Assembly (NCBI GenBank): GCA_964403585.1
Contig: CAYOFQ010000001.1
Coordinates: forward strand, 204,456 to 268,455
Length of the DNA stretch: 64,000 bases
From: an uncultured Gammaproteobacteria bacterium
GTDB taxonomy: Bacteria > Patescibacteriota > Microgenomatia > JALYQM01
Direction: 5' to 3'
A program made the translations under genes and the position numbers. Every line of letters begins with the position of its first letter. The stretch's first letter is position 1. The notes beneath the pieces were generated by a model. It was not told the DNA's origin and ran no database searches. It worked only from the letters and a program-made list of their open reading frames with translations. Positions 56,364 through 64,000 of this stretch are shown here, piece after piece.

Positions 56364-57479
56364 ATGCTCCTGCCACCACAGTCAATCAATAAGGAGAATG
56401 GCGTAGAACGGGTATTTAACACCTTACGCCTTATCCAATACGATCCGTTAAATCCCTGTGGGCGCAATACCGACCTCGTTTTACAAGTCAGGATCAAGGA
56501 TTATCATCCGGACGAATATTATCACTGGTTATATGACGAGAAAAAAGGAATTGAATGCTACGATAAGGAGCTCTGTATTATTCCTGTTGAAGATTTTCCT
56601 TTAATAACTCACCGTCAGCAACATACACAAAAACACCCATATTGGCAGCCATTCCTAAAAAAATATCAGGCTGAAATTGAAGAAATTTTAAAGTACATCA
56701 ATACTAATGGACCGGTAACATCAGCAGATATCGATAATAAAAAAAGAATCGCAGGGAACTGGAGCGAAAATGCATCCGTGGGAAGAGTAGCTCTGGATAT
56801 GCTCTGGAGAATGGGGCGACTCACTATTGTTAAAAGAGAAAAAGGACGGAAATATTATGACCTTATCTCTCATGCCTACAACACTGCACCTTCATCCGGA
56901 AAAACCGCACTGGCGTATGAGCATATTCTCCGACGGGTAAACAGCGTCGGTCTGTTACGGAAGTCGGGAACAGATGAAGGGTGGCAGGGATTGCGACCGA
57001 CCAAAGACAAAACTAATTTGGTGAATCAGCTTCTCAAAGAGGAACAGCTTCTGGAAGTGGTGATCGAAGAATCTAAAACGCAGTATATTGCCCTGGCTGA
57101 AGATCAACACGTACTCGAATCGTCACTAAATAAACACATGCAGCAGAAAAAAATGGTCTTCCTCGCACCACTGGATAATCTAATCTGGGATCGGGGTATG
57201 ATTCACGATTTGTTTGGTTTTTTTTACCGTTGGGAAGTGTATACACCTCTCGCCAAACGGCAATACGGGTATTACGTACTACCAATCCTATTCGGCGATC
57301 GTCTCATCGGTCGTATCGAGCCGGTTTTAACAAAAAACAAGCATTTAGAGATCAAAGGTTTCTGGCGCGAGGAATCCGAGAGGTGGGAAGAGCCGGAATA
57401 TGCTGCGCTGGAGAAAGCGCTTCATGCATTTAAAAAATATCTCCGTGCCCAAGATATAATTAATCCACCTCACCGGTAA
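56364..57479 (+). CDS. winged-helix DNA-binding protein of the YcaQ/AlkZ-like family (putative DNA glycosylase)
   Basis: Length and motif pattern (…QYDPLNP…, LLKEEQLLEVVIE…YVLPILFGDRLIGRIEP) resemble the HTH_42/YcaQ family; N-terminus appears shortened. Confidence 0.45.
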   Translation: MLLPPQSINKENGVERVFNTLRLIQYDPLNPCGRNTDLVLQVRIKDYHPDEYYHWLYDEKKGIECYDKELCIIPVEDFPLITHRQQHTQKHPYWQPFLKKYQAEIEEILKYINTNGPVTSADIDNKKRIAGNWSENASVGRVALDMLWRMGRLTIVKREKGRKYYDLISHAYNTAPSSGKTALAYEHILRRVNSVGLLRKSGTDEGWQGLRPTKDKTNLVNQLLKEEQLLEVVIEESKTQYIALAEDQHVLESSLNKHMQQKKMVFLAPLDNLIWDRGMIHDLFGFFYRWEVYTPLAKRQYGYYVLPILFGDRLIGRIEPVLTKNKHLEIKGFWREESERWEEPEYAALEKALHAFKKYLRAQDIINPPHR

Positions 57480-57495
57480 TACTTGCCTAGTCTGC

Positions 57496-57501
57496 TATAA
57501 T
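57496..57501 (+). promoter_or_regulatory. -10-like hexamer TATAAT 6 nt upstream of ATG 57508
   Basis: GCTATAATCAAAAC-ATG with no SD. Confidence 0.3.
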
Positions 57502-57507
57502 CAAAAC

Positions 57508-57954
57508 ATGAGCGAAAACTACATATATAAGTTTGATTTAGATAGTGCTAAAGAGGCCTTCCGTCAGGGCAAGCTCTTTGATTGGGCCCTGGAGTATCTC
57601 CGTTCTGAAGGGTGGCACGAAGTTCTGGCCAATCAGTTAATTGAAAAAAGACCACCAATAATTGAATTTACCGAGTATCCGCTTAATAATCTTAATCGAA
57701 CCATGGGACCCGAAAACTCCATGCCTGTCCAGGAAAAAATGGATCTGTGGGAAAAGCGTGTTAATTACCTGGTCGAAAAAATCAAACAAGGCCGCGAACT
57801 TCCGCCGCTAATTGTGACAGATTTCGGCGCAGATCTGGAAATAGCCGACGGCAGCCACCGCCAGGAAGCATATATTCGTTCCGGCATTGCTAAATACTGG
57901 ACCATTTTCTTCTTTACCAAACCGGAGAGTAAAAGACTTTTGACCGGTGTATAG
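57508..57954 (+). CDS. ParB/Srx-like nuclease-domain protein
   Basis: LEIADGSHRQEA matches the ParB N-terminal domain DGxHR motif; TATAAT 6 nt upstream of the ATG. Confidence 0.4.
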   Translation: MSENYIYKFDLDSAKEAFRQGKLFDWALEYLRSEGWHEVLANQLIEKRPPIIEFTEYPLNNLNRTMGPENSMPVQEKMDLWEKRVNYLVEKIKQGRELPPLIVTDFGADLEIADGSHRQEAYIRSGIAKYWTIFFFTKPESKRLLTGV

Positions 57955-57959
57955 ACATA

Positions 57960-58529
57960 ATGCCTGCTTTATGGCATAATCCGCTGCACATGTCTTTTGA
58001 AACATCCGCACGAAGCACCATAGCCTATCTCGATGCTCGCTTACAACGATCCCGACTACGGACTGAGTCCTTAGCTGCACGGCTCAGAACCGGCGACAAC
58101 CAACGCCGGACCGCCGAACTGGGTCGAGATGAATCTTCAGTTCAGTTCTTACTTGGACTTATTGAACCTACTACAAGACCACGAACCGTTGAAGCAATGC
58201 CCACAACGAATACTAATGCCGTCGAGACTGTCGTGCTTTCTGAACAGGGGACAGAACTTGCCGAACTGAGCCAGGCTTTTTTTCAGCAATACGAAGTATG
58301 GCTGAATCTGAATAATCAAAACGGTGAATTATTTCGAAAAGTCCAGGGTGCAGTTGCACAGCATTCAAGTATCAGTGCCAAAGTTGAAGGCGGCCTGGTT
58401 GAGCTTTCCTGGGATTTTGAAAAAGCCAGACGCTGGACCGGAATTATTGCCCTGGCCAGTGCCTTAGCAATGGTCGCAGCATACGGGGCGGTTGAGTCAA
58501 CTATGTCGGAAAAGCCGCCAACTCGGTAG
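57960..58529 (+). CDS. hypothetical protein (Ala/Arg-rich, GC-richer than surroundings, C-terminal TM helix)
   Basis: 189 aa ORF; composition is distinct from neighbours; no recognisable motif; a long antisense ORF (58316-58624) also exists. Confidence 0.25.
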   Translation: MPALWHNPLHMSFETSARSTIAYLDARLQRSRLRTESLAARLRTGDNQRRTAELGRDESSVQFLLGLIEPTTRPRTVEAMPTTNTNAVETVVLSEQGTELAELSQAFFQQYEVWLNLNNQNGELFRKVQGAVAQHSSISAKVEGGLVELSWDFEKARRWTGIIALASALAMVAAYGAVESTMSEKPPTR

Positions 58530-58561
58530 CCGCGCGGCAACGCTAGTGATAGAATAATTGC

Positions 58562-59719
58562 ATGGCCGACGTCCTGATACTTACTCCGTTCTTCTCTCCA
58601 AACGTCGGCGGTGTTGAGACCCATCTCGACGATCTTGTCGACGTACTAAAAGATAAAAATTTTAAATCCTACGTCCTGACGTATCAACCGCTCATGCTCA
58701 CAGTTAAAGCGCCCCGCATCGAAAAAAGAGGAAATACCGAAATTCATCGCATCGAATGGATTCGAAGCCTTTTTTATAAAGTCGAACCATATCCGGTGTT
58801 GGATTTCCTGTATTTAACGCCGCGGTTATTATGGGCGACCTTTTTCTTTCTCCTTTTTCATCCGCACGTTAAAGTAATTCACGCCCAGGGAATCAATGCC
58901 GCTTTTATAGCAGTACTACTCAAACCTGTCTTTCATACCCGGGTTATCATTAGTACCCATGCACTCTACGAATTTAATACTGAATCACTGTTTTCTAGAA
59001 TTACCCGCTGGACATTCAACCGGGCAGATAAAATTCTTTCCTTACTGAATCGCTCCAAACAGGAATTAATAAAATTAGGTGTAACGGAAGAAAAGATCGA
59101 ACCCTACTATCATTGGGTAGATCAGAAAATATTTATTCCTGCGGATAAGCCATCCGCGAAGGTAGCCTTACATTGGGAGGAAAACAAAATTCACGTTCTG
59201 TTTGTCGGGAGAATCTTCGAAAAGAAGGGGATAAATGAACTTCTTGAGGCAGCACAACTGCTAAATCAGCGCGATAATTTCGCCGCACTAATACACATTG
59301 TAGGAACAGGGCCGCTTGAAGACAAAGTTAAAAAAGCAGCCCGGGAGAATCCGCAACTGGATTTTATCGGCAGGGTCAACAATACCGATCTTCCCCAATA
59401 TCTTCAGGCTGCCGATATTTTTATCTTACCCTCAACCCATGAGGAAGGCGCAGGCCGGGTGATCATGGAAGCCTTATCTTGTGGTACACCCGTAATCGGT
59501 GCCAATCGGGGCGGGATTCCGGAAGTTATGGATTCTTCGGTAGGTGAACTAATCAAGGTAACTCCAGGTGAAATCATACATGCTATTCAAACAGTTATAC
59601 AAAGAATTAGCACAAAAGAACTAACGGGCGAAAAGTGCCGTGACTATGCTGAACAGAAATTTAGCAAACAAAATGCCGAGCAAATAATTGCAACGTATCA
59701 GGAACCTAAATTCGCATGA
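58562..59719 (+). CDS. glycosyltransferase family 4
   Basis: EGAGRVIMEALSCGTPVIGANRGGIPEVM EX7E motif. Confidence 0.7.
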   Translation: MADVLILTPFFSPNVGGVETHLDDLVDVLKDKNFKSYVLTYQPLMLTVKAPRIEKRGNTEIHRIEWIRSLFYKVEPYPVLDFLYLTPRLLWATFFFLLFHPHVKVIHAQGINAAFIAVLLKPVFHTRVIISTHALYEFNTESLFSRITRWTFNRADKILSLLNRSKQELIKLGVTEEKIEPYYHWVDQKIFIPADKPSAKVALHWEENKIHVLFVGRIFEKKGINELLEAAQLLNQRDNFAALIHIVGTGPLEDKVKKAARENPQLDFIGRVNNTDLPQYLQAADIFILPSTHEEGAGRVIMEALSCGTPVIGANRGGIPEVMDSSVGELIKVTPGEIIHAIQTVIQRISTKELTGEKCRDYAEQKFSKQNAEQIIATYQEPKFA

Positions 59720-61671
59720 AAAAAAAGATCATCCTAGCCTTAATATTCTTTTGGGTATTTCCCGGAAATTCTTTAGCCGCAGAATTACCAACTGTCACCA
59801 TTGTAAATCCAATTCGCGGGCCGCAATTAGGACTCGAAAAGCAGGATTTGGTTGCCAGTTTAAAATCACAATGGCAAAATACCCGGGATGCATCCGCTTC
59901 TGCTACCTGGCTATGGCAATTTTCAGCACTCGAAAACGAAGCAATGATGCAAATTGCCAAGCAGGAAATGATATCCCAGGAACATGGGGTGTTTCTGGAG
60001 ATCGATCGTAATACCGCTGAAAAATCCGGTCTGGGGTATAAGGGCCGCAACCAATGGTACCATTCCGACGGATTACTGCTGGTATCCTACGATCCAGGCG
60101 AACGCCGTAAAATTATCGATACAACCTTTACTAAGTTTAAGCAGGTATTTGGTTACTATCCATCATCAGTCGGCGCGTGGTGGGTTGGCGCCGAAGCAAT
60201 CGGGTACATGAAACAAAAATACGGTGTAAATGCAGTACTGCAATGTGCAGATCAGTTCGCCACTGATGCTTACTCTATTTGGGGTACACCGTGGAGTATT
60301 CCGTATCTTTCCCGTCACGACAATGCCGCCGTCCCTGCAGCTAAATCGGATGATGGGAGTGGAGCAGTTGTCATGCAATGGGCGCCTCGTGACCCTAATC
60401 GCGCCTATGGCGACTCTGTTACGCACAGCACCTACAGCATGCAGGATCTGTCTACCAAAAGCTATGATCTGCGGTATGTAGAATATCTGCAAAATATTTT
60501 TCTCAAAAAATCCGGGGATCAGGTTGTATTTGGTTTGGAAGGCGGGCTCATGCCTGAAGGGTACCAGAGTTATGGTGAGCAAGTCCGGCAAACTAAAACG
60601 TGGGAGACTCAAAACAAACTTAAAATTCAAACCATGCAACAATACGCCGAAGACTTTCTCGGTTCCGGAAAAGTCCTCCCCCCCACCAGCTATTTCCTGG
60701 CTAAGGATTACGAAAATAATAACCAGGCATTCTGGTACAATTCCCCGCAATATCGGTTAGGACTCCAAAAAGTCGGTAAGAAAATTCATTTAATAGACGT
60801 GCGCAATTATTCTAATACCTTTGAAGAAGATTTTAACGTTGTACCCAATGTCGAAAAACTGTTACGAATTGAAACGCGATCTATAATAGATTCGGTCAGG
60901 TTTCCTGATCACAAGCGCGACATTGCCGAGTCGGAGTTACCGCTAGAATTAGAATCACAGGAGGGCACACTCCTTCTCAGAACCGGATCGCAAGTAATAG
61001 GAAAACTTACGGAGAATTCAGCTACTGTGGGTGGAGTAGGGTATACATTTCTACTTGACCAGTCCAAAAATGAGATAGAGTCATTGCGTAAGGAAGCCTG
61101 GTGGTTAATGAAGCAAGCAGACTGGGAACACGATTACGGGCAATGGAAAGAAATGATCCTCACGAATAAAAAAGCCGCCACTAAGCTTGTCTTAATACTG
61201 TATCTCGCAGCCGGCGTACTCACAACAATCATTGTGCTTTCTCATCAAAATAATACCCGGCTGGCGACACTAATATTCTTAGTAAGCGTAATGATTCCTA
61301 CCTGGCAGGTGTATGCGTACGTGATGAAGCCGATCAACGTTATCCTCACTGAGTATGAATCTCAGGCGCTCCGGGCGGCTGTCAATACTGAGAAAAATAT
61401 CGCCTATCTGGAACCAGAACCGGGACTGGATTTCCGCGGTACCCGTCCGTTTCTCTACGATAAACCGGCTTTAGCCGAAAAACTAACCAAAAGGAAGTGG
61501 ACTTACCAGAGACGAAACGAGGGGACTCCGCTCGACATGTCATTACCTAATAATACGGTACTGATTGTCCCGCGGTATACCGGTCAGGATCTCTATCAGG
61601 AAGAATTGCCCAAATTCGGGCTCAGAAAAATCTATGATAACGCCCAGATAGTGCTGTACACAAATAATTAG
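59716..61671 (+). CDS. secreted/membrane-anchored protein of unknown function (signal peptide, large extracytoplasmic domain, 2 TM helices near C-terminus)
   Basis: Signal peptide MKKKIILALIFFWVFPGNSLAAE; TM segments LVLILYLAAGVLTTIIVL and ATLIFLVSVMIPTWQVYAYV; possibly carbohydrate-active, but no firm motif. Confidence 0.35.
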   Translation: MKKKIILALIFFWVFPGNSLAAELPTVTIVNPIRGPQLGLEKQDLVASLKSQWQNTRDASASATWLWQFSALENEAMMQIAKQEMISQEHGVFLEIDRNTAEKSGLGYKGRNQWYHSDGLLLVSYDPGERRKIIDTTFTKFKQVFGYYPSSVGAWWVGAEAIGYMKQKYGVNAVLQCADQFATDAYSIWGTPWSIPYLSRHDNAAVPAAKSDDGSGAVVMQWAPRDPNRAYGDSVTHSTYSMQDLSTKSYDLRYVEYLQNIFLKKSGDQVVFGLEGGLMPEGYQSYGEQVRQTKTWETQNKLKIQTMQQYAEDFLGSGKVLPPTSYFLAKDYENNNQAFWYNSPQYRLGLQKVGKKIHLIDVRNYSNTFEEDFNVVPNVEKLLRIETRSIIDSVRFPDHKRDIAESELPLELESQEGTLLLRTGSQVIGKLTENSATVGGVGYTFLLDQSKNEIESLRKEAWWLMKQADWEHDYGQWKEMILTNKKAATKLVLILYLAAGVLTTIIVLSHQNNTRLATLIFLVSVMIPTWQVYAYVMKPINVILTEYESQALRAAVNTEKNIAYLEPEPGLDFRGTRPFLYDKPALAEKLTKRKWTYQRRNEGTPLDMSLPNNTVLIVPRYTGQDLYQEELPKFGLRKIYDNAQIVLYTNN

Positions 61672-61721
61672 TGCGTGCTGCGTATTGCTTTTATAAACTC
61701 ACTTAGGTACAAATACGTAGT

Positions 61722-62252
61722 ATGATCAACGCGTATATCCGGGAACTGCTAAGTAGACTCTCACTACCTGCTGAAAATAATGTTCTGCAAATAACTCATA
61801 CGAGCGAAGAACCGAATAAAATTACGGGAGCAATTCAGCAGTCAGATACTGATGTAAGCACTATGCATCAAATGACTTTTCCTGCCAACGCTTTCGATGC
61901 GATAGTGATATATCAGGCACTGGAGTATACCTTACTGGAAAATAAGTCACTGGGCGAAATCTACCGGGTACTGAAACCGGATGGTAAAGGAGTTATTGTT
62001 GTTTCGAATAGAAATTTTCCGCTACTGTACGATCCTGTCGGTTGGTTTACACAAAACATACTTCGCGCACCTCTCCGTTCAAGCCGAGCCTGGAAAGGCA
62101 AGCACCGGTTATATCACGTTGACGATATCCGAAAAAAACTGGAGGCACACAGGTTGAGGGTTACAGAAATCCAGGCAATCTCATCTTCTGGGAAAGTACG
62201 TGAACTCTCAGAACCGTCAGAATTAATCGTTGCCTTAGTCCAAAAAAATTAA
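61722..62252 (+). CDS. methyltransferase type 11-like protein (motif I apparently degenerate)
   Basis: Post-I methyltransferase region FDAIVIYQALEYT...YRVLKPDGKGVIVV, but no clear GxGxG. Confidence 0.4.
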   Translation: MINAYIRELLSRLSLPAENNVLQITHTSEEPNKITGAIQQSDTDVSTMHQMTFPANAFDAIVIYQALEYTLLENKSLGEIYRVLKPDGKGVIVVSNRNFPLLYDPVGWFTQNILRAPLRSSRAWKGKHRLYHVDDIRKKLEAHRLRVTEIQAISSSGKVRELSEPSELIVALVQKN

Positions 62253-63748
62253 TGCTTTAATGAAACTAATTTTATGTCTCCCGAAGTGAACACCACATCC
62301 TCCGGTCGCAATTTTAGTTCGGAGAGCGTCGCGAAACTCTCCTTTACCAGGACATGTGTCAAAGAATATTTTTCCGCCAGCTCTGCAATCGGCACACGAA
62401 GAATCGGGTATACTTCCGTTACCCGCATAAGTCCGGGATTATCTGCATTTACAAATACTTGCGCTTTCGTATGATAAATCGTCATTGTTGTATTTTGGTG
62501 CGGAATACACAAGATTCGGGGAGTATCTGGCATTTTATTAATATACTCAAATATATTGACCAAATCTCCGGTAATACTGCGGTTACGATCTTTAATCACT
62601 CCTTTAATCTGAATGAAAAGAATCAACAGTAAATTGCCGACTAATAGCAGACCCAGGACAATCAGGGTCAGGGTTTTATATGGTCCTTTGATCAGTTCAA
62701 AAACTAAATACGCGGCTAACACACTGGATGGAACAGTAGCCATTTCCATATAGCGCTGCCCTTCACCGATGGGCATCAGATACTTAATTTTCAATACGAC
62801 TACACCAAAGAAATAAAAGAATAAAATCCATACCGCGAACATATATAAAATCGGTGGTACCGTCAGCCAGTTAAAGTAAGCGGCAATTATAAGGGCAAAA
62901 CCGCTCAAACTCCACGGATTAAGTCCAAAAACGGCAATTGGTGAAAATACCGAAAGGAAGGTATAAACCCGTCCAACCCAATCGGTCTCGGTATTTTTCT
63001 TAACAATCCCGCGCACCTGATGGGCAAATCGGTAGTCAAGGTTTTTTATCCAAAAATAGATATTAAATAAATGTCCTTTGAGCACCCGGATATAGTACCC
63101 ACGGGTAATAAGGAGGGCCAACGCAAATCCGAGAAAAAAGCTCTGCATGAATAGCGCAGTATTAAGATAAAACGTGAAGAATATAGCAATAAACAGAAAC
63201 GACTGGATCGCAAACCTATGGGTTAAGAAAAGCAGTGTCGTAAAAAATACCCCCGCGACATAAAACCAGATATTTCCGTAGTTTATATACATCAGCAAGG
63301 GAATAGTAGCTAAGCTGAAATTCAAATATCCAAGCGACCGCGGGGTAAGATAACTATTTTCCAAAGCAATCATCGGTGTGAGCATATAGATCGCTTGGGC
63401 CAGTAGCGACAAGTAAACATTATTGGTTAAGGTATACGCAACAAAATACACCAGCACTACCTGTAATGAATCAATAAACGGACAAATAAATCCCTGGATT
63501 TTGAGCAAGCGGTCTTTAGGAACAAAAGACAACACCGTCGGGAAAAAAGGCGGATAGTCAAAATAACCGTCAATAATAAATTGTCCGGTTAATTTTTCGC
63601 GCGGAATCCGGTGATTATTCTTGCGGATATGATCGGTTTCCAGAAGCCGAGTCCAGACGTCGACGCCAAACAACTTATTAAAGAGACGGGGATACGACTG
63701 GAGGATAAAATTTAGTACAGGAACAAGAAAGGGTAAAAGCACGTACAT
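62249..63748 (-). CDS. polytopic membrane protein with C-terminal soluble domain (possible GT-C-like / polymer-assembly protein)
   Basis: About 12 TM helices plus a ~110 aa C-terminal domain; adjacent to epimerase and GT4 genes. Confidence 0.3.
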   Translation of the reverse strand: MYVLLPFLVPVLNFILQSYPRLFNKLFGVDVWTRLLETDHIRKNNHRIPREKLTGQFIIDGYFDYPPFFPTVLSFVPKDRLLKIQGFICPFIDSLQVVLVYFVAYTLTNNVYLSLLAQAIYMLTPMIALENSYLTPRSLGYLNFSLATIPLLMYINYGNIWFYVAGVFFTTLLFLTHRFAIQSFLFIAIFFTFYLNTALFMQSFFLGFALALLITRGYYIRVLKGHLFNIYFWIKNLDYRFAHQVRGIVKKNTETDWVGRVYTFLSVFSPIAVFGLNPWSLSGFALIIAAYFNWLTVPPILYMFAVWILFFYFFGVVVLKIKYLMPIGEGQRYMEMATVPSSVLAAYLVFELIKGPYKTLTLIVLGLLLVGNLLLILFIQIKGVIKDRNRSITGDLVNIFEYINKMPDTPRILCIPHQNTTMTIYHTKAQVFVNADNPGLMRVTEVYPILRVPIAELAEKYSLTHVLVKESFATLSELKLRPEDVVFTSGDIKLVSLKH

Positions 63749-63795
63749 ATAGTACGAATTATATTCTATTTCCTACGACATGCAACAATCGTAAT

Positions 63796-64000
63796 TATTT
63801 GTATGCTTCTTTCCAGTTATATTTATCAACCAAGGCAAGTATTTCTTTAATACCTTCTTCAATTGAGTATTTTGGCTCATACCCGAGTAACTTCTGAGCC
63901 TTGGAAATATCAAGTGCTCCACGGAATACCTGCTGGCTGGTCGGTTCGCGTACTTCATACGTAAACGACGGAAACGCTGTTTTCAGAATTTCAGCGAAAT
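63796..64000 (-). CDS. NAD-dependent epimerase/dehydratase (C-terminal fragment; N-terminus beyond window end)
   Basis: Reverse translation ...FAEILKTAFPSFTYEVREPTSQQVFRGALDISKAQKLLGYEPKYSIEEGIKEILALVDKYNWKEAYK* matches C-termini of UDP-sugar 4-epimerases/dehydratases. Confidence 0.6.

Noticed and set aside
1-64000. Alternative genetic code (TGA reassigned to Gly or Trp, codes 25/4), suggested by two internal TGAs.
   Set aside because: TGA cleanly terminates many genes here, for example the helicase at 8533-8535, the DHH gene at 21281-21283 and GT-C A at 22959-22961. Most ORFs are full length under code 11. The two in-frame TGAs are reported as local anomalies instead.
1-64000. CRISPR arrays, rRNA genes, IS elements or integrases.
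   Set aside because: No regularly spaced direct repeats, no rRNA-like conserved blocks and no transposase or integrase motifs were found on either strand. The only mobile-element-like signal is the LAGLIDADG-like ORF next to the tRNA.

Overview
This is a bacterial window (about 42-44% GC, standard genetic code) with mostly canonical AAGGAG ribosome-binding sites and several apparently leaderless starts. Deeply sampled Patescibacteria/CPR or Chloroflexi-like lineages are a guess only. The first ~20 kb is a dense run of small housekeeping and stress genes. It holds a partial TetR regulator, 4 NUDIX hydrolases, 2 MFS transporters, a PAP2 phosphatase, an AlkA-like glycosylase, a THUMP RNA methyltransferase, a Pif1-like helicase, SDRs, GNATs, CutA, an aldo-keto reductase, an NAD(P)HX dehydratase, HD hydrolases, Bcp peroxiredoxin and a DHH phosphoesterase. 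The dominant feature runs from ~21.3 to ~38.1 kb. Nine polytopic membrane glycosyltransferases of the GT-C superfamily sit back to back there. Seven are PMT/ArnT-like (GT39/GT83-type, Pfam PMT_2) with a DE/DD first-loop motif, and two belong to a divergent FxDQxRD subfamily. One of the seven is interrupted by an in-frame TGA. Another is fused to a C-terminal PBP-dimerisation-like domain. An FAD-dependent oxidoreductase follows the array. Downstream come two paralogous CHRD-like lipoproteins and a tRNA-Arg(CCU) abutting an HTH/LAGLIDADG-like ORF. A lipid-linked-sugar toolkit follows. It has three GT2 polyprenol-phosphate-sugar-synthase-like genes, a Wzx/MOP-family flippase, three GT4 transferases, a PIG-L/LmbE deacetylase and a DMT transporter. 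Next to it is a 963-aa surface protein with a Pro/Thr/Ser-rich linker and a CBM-like C-terminus. The window ends with a second small glyco-related cluster and the C-terminal fragment of an NAD-dependent sugar epimerase/dehydratase. I read the whole region as a candidate polyprenol-phosphate-sugar-dependent protein or cell-envelope glycosylation system with an unusually expanded GT-C repertoire. No CRISPR array, rRNA or obvious transposon was seen.
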